A DNA stretch of 64,000 nucleotides from Mytilus trossulus (lineage: Eukaryota), in assembly GCF_036588685.1 (NCBI RefSeq), contig NC_086379.1, positions 36,828,001-36,892,000 of the forward strand, given 5' to 3'. Shown here piece by piece: positions 50,801 through 63,200 of the stretch. The first letter of the stretch is position 1, and each line of letters begins with the position of its first letter. The position numbers were made by a program, and so were the translations under genes. Below the pieces are notes generated by a model. The model ran no database searches, was not told the origin of the DNA, and saw only the letters and a program-made list of their open reading frames with translations.

Positions 50801-53205
50801 ATCTGTAAGTACAGAGACATGTGAACAAGTATTAAAGCTAGAGATGACTAGAAATAAAAATAAATCTGTAAGTACAGAGACATGTGAACAAGTATTAAAG
50901 CTAGAGATGACTAGAAATAAAAATAAATCTGTAAGTACAGAGACATGTGAACAAGTATTAAAGTTAGAGATGACTAGAAATAAAAATAAATCTGTATTAG
51001 TACAGAGACATGTGAACAAGTATTAAAGCTAGAGATGACGAGAAATAAAAAAAAAAGCTGTAAGTAAAGAGACATGTGAACAAGTATTAAAGCTAGAGAT
51101 GACTAGAAATAAAAATAAATCTGTAAGTACAGAGACATGTGAACAAGTAATAAAGCTAGAGATGACGAGAAATAAAAAAAAAGCTGTATTAGTACAGAGA
51201 CATGTGAACAAGTGTTAAAGCTAGAGATGACTAGAAATAAAAATAAATCTGTAAGTAAAGAAAGTATGACATGTGAACAAGTATTAAAGCTAGAGATGAC
51301 TAGAAATAAAAATAAATCTGTAAGTACAGAGACATGTGAACAAGTATTAAAGCTAGAGATGACTAGAAATAAAAATAAATCTGTAAGTACAGAGACATGT
51401 GAACAAGTATTAAAGCTAGAGATGAGGAATAAAAAAAAAGCTGTAAGTAAAGAGACATGTGAACAAGTATTAAAGCTAGAGATGACTAGAAATAAAAATA
51501 AATCTGTAAGTACAGAGACATGTGAACAAGTAATAAAGCTAGAGATGACGAGAAATAAAAAAAAAAGCTGTAAGTAAAGAGACATGTGAACAAGTATTAA
51601 AGTTAGAGATGACTAGAAATAAAAATAAATCTGTAAGTAAAGAAAGTATGACATGTGAACAAGTAATAAAGCTAGAGATGACTAGAAATAAAAATAAATC
51701 TGTATTAGTACAGAGACATGTGAACAAGTATTAAAGCTAGAGATGACAAGAAATAAAAATAAATCTGTAAGTAAAGAAAGTATGACATGTGAACAAGTAT
51801 TAAAGCTAGAGATGACTAGAAATAAAAATAAATCTGTAAGTAAAGAAAGTATGACATGTGAACAAGTATTAAAGCTAGAGATGACTAGAAATAAAAATAA
51901 AGCTGTAAGTAAAGAGACATGTGAACAAGTATTAAAGTTAGAGATGACTAGAAATAAAAATAAATCTGTAAGTACAGAGACATGTGAACAAGTATTAAAG
52001 TTAGAGATGACTAGAAATAAAAATAAATCTGTATTAGTACAGAGACATGTGAACAAGTATTAAAGCTAGAGATGACGAGAAATAAAAAAAAAAGCTGTAA
52101 GTAAAGAGACATGTGAACAAGTATTAAAGTTAGAGATGACTAGAAATAAAAATAAATCTGTAAGTACAGAGACATGTGAACAAGTAATAAAGCTAGAGAT
52201 GACGAGAAATAAAAAAAAAGCTGTAAGTAAAGAGACATGTGAACAAGTATTAAAGTTAGAGATGACTAGAAATAAAAATAAATCTGTAAGTAAAGAAAGT
52301 ATGACATGTGAACAAGTATTAAAGCTAGAGATGACTAGAAATAAAAATAAATCTGTAAGTACAGAGACATGTGAACAAGTATTAAAGCTAGAGATGACTA
52401 GAAATAAAAAAAAATCTGTAAGTACAGAGACATGTGAACAAGTATTAAAGTTAGAGATGACTAGAAATAAAAATAAATCTGTATTAGTACAGAGACATGT
52501 GAACAAGTATTGAAGCTAGAGATGACTAGAAATAAAAATAAATCTGTAAGTAAAGAGAGGATACTACTGTAAACATAGAAATTTTGTATGAATGAGTATA
52601 TTCGCTAACTGTTAATTCAGAAAAATTGATTGACCCATATGGATATATGTAAAAATCAATGTCGGATAACCAAATCTTGCAGCAGTTCAACCCCCCACTC
52701 CCAAACTATTTGAATTAAGTTTTTTTATCTTACATTGATCTTTTGATGTCATCCCTTAATGAAATTTATATTGTGTGCACATATATTATTTTCCCCAAAT
52801 TCCTTGGGGTATTTACTTTTCAATATTAGGCTATAAGGGAAAGATCACTTCTCCCTGAATTTCTGATGTGAAGTGAGCCTTGTGATAATATGCCTTGTGT
52901 ATAAGTGACCGATGGTTATCTTTTAGTCGTGTAAACATATCATTGACACATGACATGATTTTCATGAACCTGAGTGAGCGTACATCATCAAAATTATCCT
53001 GCTGCTGTAAAAAAATATCATAAAACCTGCTTCTTGCTAATATTTTTCTTTTTGATAAGATGTTCTTTTTCATTATTCATCAGTATTTTTGTGCAGCAGT
53101 ATTGAATTCTCATCTTTTTCTTTTTTTCAGAAAAAGATACTTGATAAAACATTACATGAATTCATGGACACTGTATCAGGGGTCCGTGAGGAGATGAAAA
53201 AGTTA
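47882..53205 (+). CDS. BIRC5: Survivin (BIRC5-like single-BIR IAP); exons 47882-47989, 49701-49810, 50492-50609, 53131-53205
   Basis: [36 protein letters not shown]|[37 protein letters not shown]|[39 protein letters not shown]|[24 protein letters not shown]. Strong resemblance to survivin, with the same four-exon layout (110- and 118-nt internal exons). Confidence 0.93.
48545..48790. repeat. ~39-bp minisatellite in survivin intron 1
   Basis: Unit CATGGAACATGACACACATGACACAGCATTAATGTTAAA, about 6 copies. Confidence 0.85.
50550..52559 (+). repeat. Tandem array (~31 units, 60-69 bp) of the survivin exon 3 3'-half plus its splice donor
   Basis: Unit ACATGTGAACAAGTATTAAAGCTAGAGATGACTAGAAATAAAAATAAATCT|GTAAGTACAGAG; donor-like GT at 50610, 50679, 50742, 50805, 50868, 50931, 50994 ... 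52546. Confidence 0.95.
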
Positions 53206-53769
53206 GCGGGATAAAAATTTGAGATTGAAGAATTGACGATCTGATTTGTTGTTTGTCTTGTTTATAGTAAACATGGTAAATGTGGAAGAATGTCAGGTTT
53301 TGGGATGCTGAGCAGTGATTGACTTTGTTTATATGAAAGAAGAAAATTTTAATGACTTTTTTGTATTTTAATGGGCAGTTTGTGAATTGAGTCATTCAAG
53401 TTAAGTCCAAGGTTGCTCTATCTTTGGTCAACATTTTCAGATCTTGCTTAGGCTGTAGGATATAAGAGGTAAATGCATAGACATTGTTTGCTGGCCAAGA
53501 CAATTTAGATAAGGAAACAGCTTAAAAAACAGTTTTTTAATTCAATTTTAGTAATATTCCTAAGAGAAAACAAACTTAGGATAAAGAGAGAAACCTGCAC
53601 AATAATAAAAGTAATCAGTTGTAGCTCTTCGACCTACATAATAATTTTATTCATCAAATATTGCTGGTTACATAAACCATCAAGATTCCAAGCTTCTCTT
53701 GACCTACCCTGTTACAATCCACTGACTACCCAGGGAATAATCAGCTGATTAAATTAATTGACATACATT

Positions 53770-55021
53770 TTTTACAAAACTCTATATTAACAATTTAAAA
53801 ATATTATTCATTGACTATGTGTCTTTTTATTGAAAGTAACATTGGACTTATTGCCTTAGGTCCATTAAAATTGGTATCTACTCTCTTGGTGTATTCATTA
53901 ATAAAAATTCTGAATACGTCTATGTTTTTTGTTTTCTGTTCAGATACATAGTACGACTTGTATATTGAAAAACTAATAATTGTAATCAAAAAATTTATTG
54001 GGTAATACTTGCTGTCTGTAATTTTGTATCCAAATATTATGTGTTGTAATTTTATTGAAAAATGTAAATTACTCTTTTTTAAGAGTTCGTTTAATTGTTG
54101 CCAATATCTTGTTAAATAAGAGCAATTAAAAAAATAATGAGCCTAGTCTTCTTCTAAGTTACAAAAATTGCAAAGACTGTTATTAGTTATTTTCAATTGT
54201 AATAAATGCTTTTTTGTTGGTACAATAAACTGTAGTAGTTTCCATCTGTATATTTTTAATTCATTTTCAGTTAAGTATTTGAAAATAAAGTTATATAATG
54301 AATTCATATTTGAATACTTAACTGCAATGGTAAAATATTGAGCCATCTGTTTATCCCTATTGACGCTTCTTTTTTACTATTCACTACAGAGTCATATAAC
54401 ATTTTATTTGAAAAAATTTAGTCTCAAAATAAAGATCTTTCCATGTGATCTTATTTCTCTGGATATTTACTTTACTTTGGACAGAATTTTCTTGTTTAAC
54501 TATGTCAATCTAATTTTGTGGAATGGATTGTTTCAATTTTTGAAATTCAGCAATCCAGTTTACTTTACACTTGAATTTGTTCAAAATATAATTTTCTGAT
54601 AGTGACATAGTGTCATCTAGAATGTCATTCAAGTATATTATATCACTTTTAATCCAGTTTTCAATATAATTGGTTTCTTATGAAATGCAATAAATTTATT
54701 TGTTTTCTTATATCAGCATAAAGATTATGTCACTGCTTGTTTTGTTTGCCCACCCCCAGTCAAAATCAAGGACTTTATTACTTCTCTATAAAGTTCTGGA
54801 ACATGTTTAAAATATTCTAAATGTTTTATATCATTTAAATTCATATTAAATATAACTAAAATATTATTAGACACTTTTAAATATTTAAAAGGTATTAGCT
54901 TCCAGTTGGCAAATTTACCATTAAGTAGTCTATATACCCATGATGCTTTAAGCGCTATAAAAATAACTTTTAAAATCGACCATTTGTAGGCCTCCTTTTG
55001 TGCCTTTTTAGTGAAAATCAT
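53770..55021 (-). mobile_element. Decayed L1/Tx1-type LINE 3' fragment
   Basis: Broken ORFs with ALKASWVYRLL...NWK and YRWKLLQFIVPTKKHL...SLCNFCNLEED (post-RT zinc-binding region). Confidence 0.7.
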
Positions 55022-56496
55022 TGTCCATATGTAGAGGGAAAAAAATCAATAATTTAAAATCACCAGCAAATCTAAAATCAACAATTGACTCTTTGCATGT
55101 ATATGAGTGTTTGTCCTTCTTCAATTACCTCTGATTGTTTCAACCTCAGTTGACTCAAAATTCTCGATGAGTAAAAGTTTTCTTATGGTCCACAAGCTTT
55201 GTTCCATATAAAAATGCCCTCATACATGTATAAAATTCCAACCGTATAATATTCACCATCATACCATCGCATGTGATTACCGGTATTGTTTTTTCAGGCC
55301 TAAGACAAAAGTTGCAAAATGCAAGACAGAATTTAGAATCCAGCAGTGGTGTAAATAATTTGTATTAAGCTTTATGTTTCAGAGGGTAGAAGACTAGAAA
55401 GCGTTAAAATATTTATACAGATGCCTTTGGTTATGAAGTTTCCTTAATATAGTTGGTGCATGGAATAATTGTTATGACTCTCTGGTACAGCATGTTCATG
55501 GTTCATTGGTCAATGTTAAGTATAAGTAGCTGATTCATGTTCTAAGATACTTTAAACTATAGGTCAACTTTATTTGGTTTATGGAATGATAGTAAGGTTT
55601 ACTCAGAAGCGCCCCCAACCCTTTTGTGAAAAATTTTGATTGGTTACATAGGAAATCACTTAAGCATAACAGGAACGACCCACCTCTTAGGCAGTCACTG
55701 GGCCCCACTTCTGAAAAATTCTGGATCTGCCACTGGTATTTGTCTGTCTGGTAAGGTTCATCTCATCCTAACCTCACTTTCATGGTTCACTGGTCAATTT
55801 TAAGTTTGTGTGGTTAATTAAGTTTCTTAAATACTATAAGCAAATAGGTTAACTTTATTTCATGTATAAAATGATTTAAGATTGAACATATTTGACTTGA
55901 GCTGCATTTCCCTCGAATTTTGTGAAAGAATAAAAATATGCGAAAGTGACATAAACTTTTCATCAAAGTATTGTTAACTATCTGCAAAGCAAAATACTCG
56001 CGTATGTAATGTGCACAGTCTTTTAAGAAACAAACATTCATAAAATTGAGAATGGAAATTGGGAATGTGCCAAAGAGACAACAACCGGACCATAGAAAAA
56101 AACAACAGCAGAAGGTTACCAACAGGTCTTCAATGTAGCGAGAAATTCCCGCACCTGGAGGCGTCCTTCAGCTGGCCCCTAAACAAATAAATACTAGTTC
56201 AGTGATAATGAACGCCATACTAATTTCCAAATTGTACACAAAAAACTAAAATTAGAATAATACAAAGGCCAGAGGCTCCTGACTTGGGACAGGCGCAAAA
56301 TGCGGCAGAGTTAAACATGTTTGTAAGATCTCACCGCCTTTATACCTCTAGCCAATGTAGAAAAGTAAACGCATAACAATACACATTAAAATTCAGTTCA
56401 AGAGAAGTCCGAGTCTGATGTCAGAAGATGTAACCAAAGAAAATAAACAAAATGACAATAAAACATAACAACATACATATATACATTCATATAAAT

Positions 56497-57030
56497 CAAA
56501 GGGTTAGTCTCAACACTGAGTGTAAAAGGGTTAGAATCAACACTAAGTATAAAAGGGTTAATCTCAACACTAAGTATAAAAGGGTTAGTCTCAACACTTA
56601 GTGTAAAAGGGTTAGTCTCAACACTAAGTGTAAAAGGGTAAGTCTCAACACTAAGTATAAAAGGGTTAGTCTCAACACTAAGTGAAAAAGGGTTAGTCTC
56701 AACACTTAGTGTAAAAGGGTTAGTCTCAACACTAAGCGTAAAAGGGTTAGTCTCAACACTAAGTGTAAAAGGGTTAGTCTCAACACTTAGTGTAAAAGGG
56801 TTAGTCTCAACACTAACTGTAAAAGGGTTAGTCTCAACACTAAGTGTAAAAGGGTAAGTCTCAACGCTAAGTGTAAAAGGGTTAGTCTCAACACTAAGTG
56901 TAAAAGGGTTAGTCTCAACACTTAAGTATAAAAGGGTTAGTCTCAACACTCAGTGTAAAAGGGTTAGTATAAACACTTAGTGTAAAGCCTTTAAGGGTTA
57001 GTCTCAACACTAAGTATAAAAGGGTTACTC
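56497..57030. repeat. 27-bp minisatellite
   Basis: Unit AAAGGGTTAGTCTCAACACTAAGTGTA, about 19 copies. Confidence 0.92.
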
Positions 57031-57379
57031 TCGGTCAAGATTAAATGTTAAAATACCGCTACTTTAATAGTAAAATTAAATTGCTATTAACATTTTAACA
57101 TGTACTTTTCAAAATGTACCCCACCCACTTAAATTTGACCGTGAGACACGATTTTAAATTGAATACACAACTAATTAAAGTATAAATACGTTTATAATAA
57201 GCCAACTTAACTTACACATAGAATTTATATATACAATGAACTGATCGATTGATAAAATGTTATTATTGAACCTCTAAGTCAACACATACAACACATTTAA
57301 ATTTAATATTTAGGAAAATGTCGGTGTTCTTTTCAATTTGTATGTTTTGAATAGCTTCACATAAACTGTCCTGTCACCA

Positions 57380-60261
57380 ATGCATTCATCTGATTCAGGT
57401 AAGCGTTTGTAAAAACTAAGATTATTTATTGTTTCTGAATTATTACATATATATATTGATATTCTATGTAATATTATAGCATATAAGTTTAAAAGTTCAT
57501 AGATTACATAGATTTAAACAGATCAAGAGACTACATATATAAGTTTGATCAAATTTTTGAATCTTGGATTATTTTTTCCAAAATTAATAGATTCCCATTT
57601 TCAAATGCAAAAAAAATAATATCAAATAAAGATTAAGTTGAGAAATAGACCTAGGACCCAAGCTTAAACAAGTCCGATTTTTTAAAACATCAATTCATGT
57701 TCATTTGAATGACATATTTACATGCATCTTTCGTATAGGACCGGACCAGACATCTCACTTACTGTTTTGAACTAGCTTTATAAACACCATTTTAAACAAC
57801 ATTTAATTTGAAAAAGAGCTAGTACTTTTCAGACATGAGAATTTAGAATCTATAAAAGGAAATTACGTCTAAGAAAACAAAAATCGAACAATGCTACAAA
57901 TTTACAAGTAAACATTTGCAATTATCCGAAATATGTATGTTCTTTTACATAATAGTTATTTTATTTGCCCAAACAGGAATACAATAAGGATATGAATTAT
58001 GTTTCGACAATGACTATTTAAAGTAATTATTGTGCAGTCTTTAAAGTAACATGTAAGAATATTCTACTTATTGGCTATAAATCAGATTAACCTTTAAATG
58101 TACGTATACTATAGTTATATACTATTTTGCAGTCAATAAACTAAATTAAAGAAGTCTTTTGAATATTTTATACATAAAAATGTATACAAAGGGTAGTAAT
58201 ATTTCTAACTTAGAAGATTTTAGAAAAATACAACATAGGTTTGATACTAAGAATGAAATGAATGGATATGTTGGGTATACCGCGTCAGTTAGACAACAAC
58301 CTAAATGACGCCAAACACCAAATGACATATAAAACAAAAGAAGTATAATCAGTTTATATTTTTTCATAGGAAACATGAACTGTTCATTAGATTAAACACA
58401 TCAGACTCCTTCTTCGAATTTTTATTTTAGAGTAAAAAAGATATTAAAGAGGAATAAAATATGATTATAAAATATTAATTCAGACATAATATTTAACTTA
58501 GAAAAATGTGAAATGGAATCGACACCAATATTTGGAGATGAAGCGTTCTGCATGATATGTCCATTTTGCCGCCATGAGATAGTAACAGCCATGTCTTACA
58601 ATGCTGGAACTTTGTGCTGGTTTTTATGTGGGCTAATGATATTTTTGGGGTAAGTATATTTTTTATGTCAAAGTACTGCTGCGGACGACTATGTTAAATA
58701 TTATAATAAGGACAAATGTTCTCTTGTAGAACGAAATATCACTGACCTTCTTCCGTATATATAGAAACACTGAAGAAAGTATCAATAGGTAGAATATACG
58801 TGCCATTGACTTTTTCTGAAATTATCTTGTACTTACTGAAACAAAGTACTATGTCATATTATGACGATCTATTTGATGTAATAACAATGAAACGAGTCTT
58901 TTTAAATAGTGGCATAATGATACTATTCGATGACGACTTTTTATCATTTATGCTTAATTAGTGCATAAGATTCCCTAAGCAATTCACAATGACGATTTTT
59001 GTTTATCAAAGGCCCTTATTATAATTTATAATACAAAGTCATTGTAATATAGTCGGGCTCTTAATAATTCCCAACAGCGTATTTGAATACAAATGTCTAA
59101 TAATAAAATTTACTTCTAATGAATGATGGGAAAAGTGGGTATATTTTACAAGTGCCTTTAACTTTATAAAGATAAGAAGAGCCACTGTGAATAAGACAAC
59201 TCTCTAGAAGAGACTGAATGACATGAAAGTAAACAACTATAGTTTACCGTACGGCCTTCAACAGTATCAAGCAAAGTCCATTCCAAGTAGTACGAAACGA
59301 AAAAAACAAAGACAAATATGATATACTAGTACTACAAGAAACGATAACCACTGAATTTCAGGCTTCTGACTCGAGACTAACAAATAAATAATGTTAAACA
59401 TGTTTGCTTGATCCAGATACCAACCATAACACGGACTAGTGCTGTTACACTACAATCCAAGATCAAACTATTGAAACCAGTTAAAAAGGGCTTGAATCAT
59501 CGGATTAAAAAGTCAGACATTTTAACCAAAAAAAACCCTATATCATAAAAAGGATAGGTTAAAAGCATTAAAATAGGGGAAATAAACAGTCGAAAAAGAG
59601 TTAATCTTATACTCAAATACAAAACTGTTAATAATAAAAAAAAACTTAAATGATATGATTGGCTGTTCCTACTTAACACATGCATGTTGTAAAAAATAAT
59701 TTGAAAATGTGATGTACAATGCCTCAAAGCATACGAAAGAACAGAGATATTCTAAAACTTTTCATAACTTTGAACAATAGTGTACACCAAATTGTATATA
59801 TATATGTTATTTCTTCATTGACAGAATAGACAGATTTTTATATTTTTAACAAAACAACAGACGCCTTTTCTAGAAGAATATCCGTATGCTTGTTTTTAAT
59901 TAATTGATTTATTGTTTCAGATCTCCATCATAAAACAGTATAACACGTTTTTCTCATATCTCTAATTGATATCAGAAATGATTGAGATCTGAAACAATAA
60001 ATCAATTAATTTATAATAATCATAAGGGTACTCCTCTATTTTCTTTCAATGCGGTAATATACCGGAGGGACTTGAATGGTAACTTATGAATTTATTCATT
60101 ATGCAAATTTTTCACACATACACACAGAAGCTTATATTTTGATCTTTTTCAGTTTGTGGTTGGGTTGCTGTTTGGTACCATTCTATGTGAACGCTGTTAA
60201 AGATTGTGTCCATTCGTGTCCAAATTGTTGGCAAATCTTGGGTCGGTACAATCGACTCTAA
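57380..60261 (+). CDS. LITAF: LITAF-like gene 4, short form lacking the proline-rich N-terminus (coding exons 57380-57398, 58502-58649, 60153-60261)
   Basis: MHSSDS|EKCEMESTPIFGDEAFCMICPFCRHEIVTAMSYNAGTLCWFLCGLMIFLG|LWLGCCLVPFYVNAVKDCVHSCPNCWQILGRYNRL*; GT-AG junctions in compatible phases. The first exon is less certain than the other two. Confidence 0.85.
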
Positions 60262-63200
60262 CCCTATCGATGCAGAAATGCGAGTGACGATAGATCCGTC
60301 ACAATGGACAATGATCGATCGAAGACAGAATCATGTGTAAAACAGCTTCCTCTTATATCTTATATCTTACGCTGAACCATATTTATGGAAACTCTGCGCA
60401 TGGTAACTGGGAGAAATAGGAGTAGAAAACTGATGTTTTTCGAAATTTTTGGAACATGTACAAAAAAATAACACAGTGGAGAATGAGGTTCTCTACACTC
60501 TTAATGAGGATTTGGACGGGGTTTACCAAAAAAACAAAAGAATAGCAGATCAAACCCACAGAAAGCAGAAAAAAAACCTCAAAGAATAGAGAAGATAAGG
60601 CCCCAAACAATAAAGAATAGAAACAAAACACGGCTTTCAAGATATAGAAAATAGAGAAAAACTACATAGGAATAAACAAAATACATTCTTGACGATTCCC
60701 TATTCTAGACACTATCGTTTAGTTGAAAAACGTAGCCAAAATATTCTCTTTTTTTATTATATATATGTCGATGATAAAAAATATAAGGGTAAAAGTTGTG
60801 TACACGTAGTATACATACAATGAGTAGTGAGACTATTTTGTGAATTCAATCAATACTGAAGATAAACTTAGAAATAGGAAGACATTATCAGTGATGGCTA
60901 AAACTTCAAAATAAGGTTAGAAGAACATGAAAGGAACACAAATGGAAAAAGGAAACAAAAAAGTGAAAGAAACTTTAGGAGTTAAATGTTACTGTTCCAA
61001 AGAAATCATGTCACAAGAGAACCCCAATGTTTTGGTATTAGGACATCGGATTTAAAAAAAAATAGACAAGAGGACTGTGAACAAATGAATAAGGTTTTGA
61101 AGATTTGCTGAATGTTACATTGAAACCCGATTCAAATTCGTCGAAAAACTAACTTACGATCGGACACAAAACGTTAGTTTCGAATATTTGTTTTTCAGTA
61201 CTGTGACTCTTTAACTTCGTAATTAGTTTAGCACTCCAACTTTTTGTTTTGTATCGCTATTTGTGTGTTCTATGTAAACACTGCGCGCGTCTACTAAGTA
61301 ATAAACCTGGTGTATCTTATCATATTTGATGATATTTTTTTTTATTGATTTACAAATTTTTGCTTGCTGAATCTTGCTTATTAATGATTGATTTAGACTT
61401 GCTATACATGTCCCCTCCTCATTTTTCTCTCTCAATTTTGCCACTTTAACATTTTTACTACTATAACTAAGAGATAACCGTTATACTGACATCTACAAGG
61501 GAAATCAATATAGTGGCAGTTATCAGTAAATATATAAATTATGTGTAGTAAGAAATAAATAAAAGAAAGGGAATTGTAGCAAGTCTACGATTGATACAAT
61601 ATAAGTATAGGTTGTTCTGCAAGACATATCGACCGGTACGAAGGCGAGAAATATGAGCTGCCAATACATGGTGAACTTGTGCTGTCCTGAATAGGGTAAG
61701 ATATTTACCTTGCAACAGGTGACGAACAGACCGCTTAGATAATTGTTGCCAGGGTCGTGTCACAAATAAATTCTGGGTGTATCTGTGACTGGGAAATGTG
61801 TTGGTTGGAACCACACACACACATTAAACAGTACGACAAGTCTACACGGACTCTTACTCTGGGACTAGCTCTTGTAACAAAAGACGACTCTGATTAGCGC
61901 GATGTATTATTTAATAAGTTCAGCATGGAATACAATTGTACAGAGTTGGAACTGCTCAGTGTTATACTAAATCCAATCTGCCACATCAAAATAACATCAT
62001 AGTTTATATAACAAACCAAAAACTACTAGAATAGACTTGACAAATATTTCTCTAAATGAGTGAGAAAATTCAATTAAGGGTTTAAACACATAGATAATAA
62101 TTAACAATAGAACATACATACTTATGTAGGGAATTAAACTCTTGGCTTGTCATAAACGAATAATAGATCATTTGAAGTAAAATGTTGCTAATTGAAAAAC
62201 AAATTAAAACATGAAATTAGATTAGCTTAATCTTCTAAACTTGACTTAAATCTTGCACAATAAAATAAACAAAATCCCTTCGTGAAATATTGGAAATATA
62301 ACAAAACAGTAATTTTATAAAATCTTTTACAAAATGTCCGAAAAGTCTCAAAAATCAATTTTAGTCCATTTATCCACTGTGACAGTCGCTTAACGTGTTC
62401 ATAGCGCAATTTCCCACTATGCGAGGCATATCGAATTACCTTTTTATTCCAATAACTTGGCTGTGTGTTTATTATACAGTTCACTAAGCACACATAAACA
62501 TCCAATTTTACTGACAGACGAAAGAAGTCTGAGAATAGCCTAACGTATGTCCCCTTATTACCGGACAAAGTGTTTACAAAGAAAACTTGTTTTTTTATTT
62601 TGCTTTGCTTAATTGAATGTACAAATTAGCTGTAAAACGTAAGTCACAAAAACATTTGTTGACTTTTGATATTCAAGCAAACTGGTATTTTTAGAGAGCG
62701 AATAAACAAACTTTTTTATTGTTTTACTTTAGGTGCGAACATCACTCTATTTTATCAAAATATATTTTATCCGTTTACACATTTTAATTTCTCTTGTCGA
62801 GTAGACGTGAAAAACCTTTTCCATACCTTGGGGTAAGGTTTCAACTGATCTATATATATTTGTTTTTGTTATATTCTATACAAATAAGACATATACATAA
62901 ATCTTATCACCTGACCATTATACGGATAAAATTTAAAATACAATAGCCACCTCAATGACAAAGTTGATTTTACGATTTGGAAAATGAGGATTAACAAGAA
63001 AATACATGACGCCACTGATATATTTAGCTAAATCTCTTGCTTGCAGTATGTAGTATATTTTGATTAATTAAAGCATATTTAATACATCTTTTTAGTTTGT
63101 TCATACGATGTCTTTCGGACAGGGATTTTTATTTTGGAATGCGGCACTTAAAGATCGTTTGCAATGTGATAAACTTACTAGCTGTAAGTGTCAAAGAGGA

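Noticed and set aside
50450-52513. Many repeat ORFs on both strands; superficial CRISPR-like periodicity
   Set aside because: Units are contiguous near-identical copies with no unique spacers and no cas genes in eukaryotic DNA. Minus-strand ORFs are shadows; only the first plus-strand stretch is linked to survivin.
55298-55368. Possible extra survivin exon (LRQKLQNARQNLESSSGVNNLY*) after a good acceptor
   Set aside because: Requires an unproven internal donor in exon 4; exon 4 already ends the protein at normal survivin length.
56398-56949. 183-aa ORF (SVETNPFTL)n
   Set aside because: Product of a 27-bp minisatellite; no true start or splice context.
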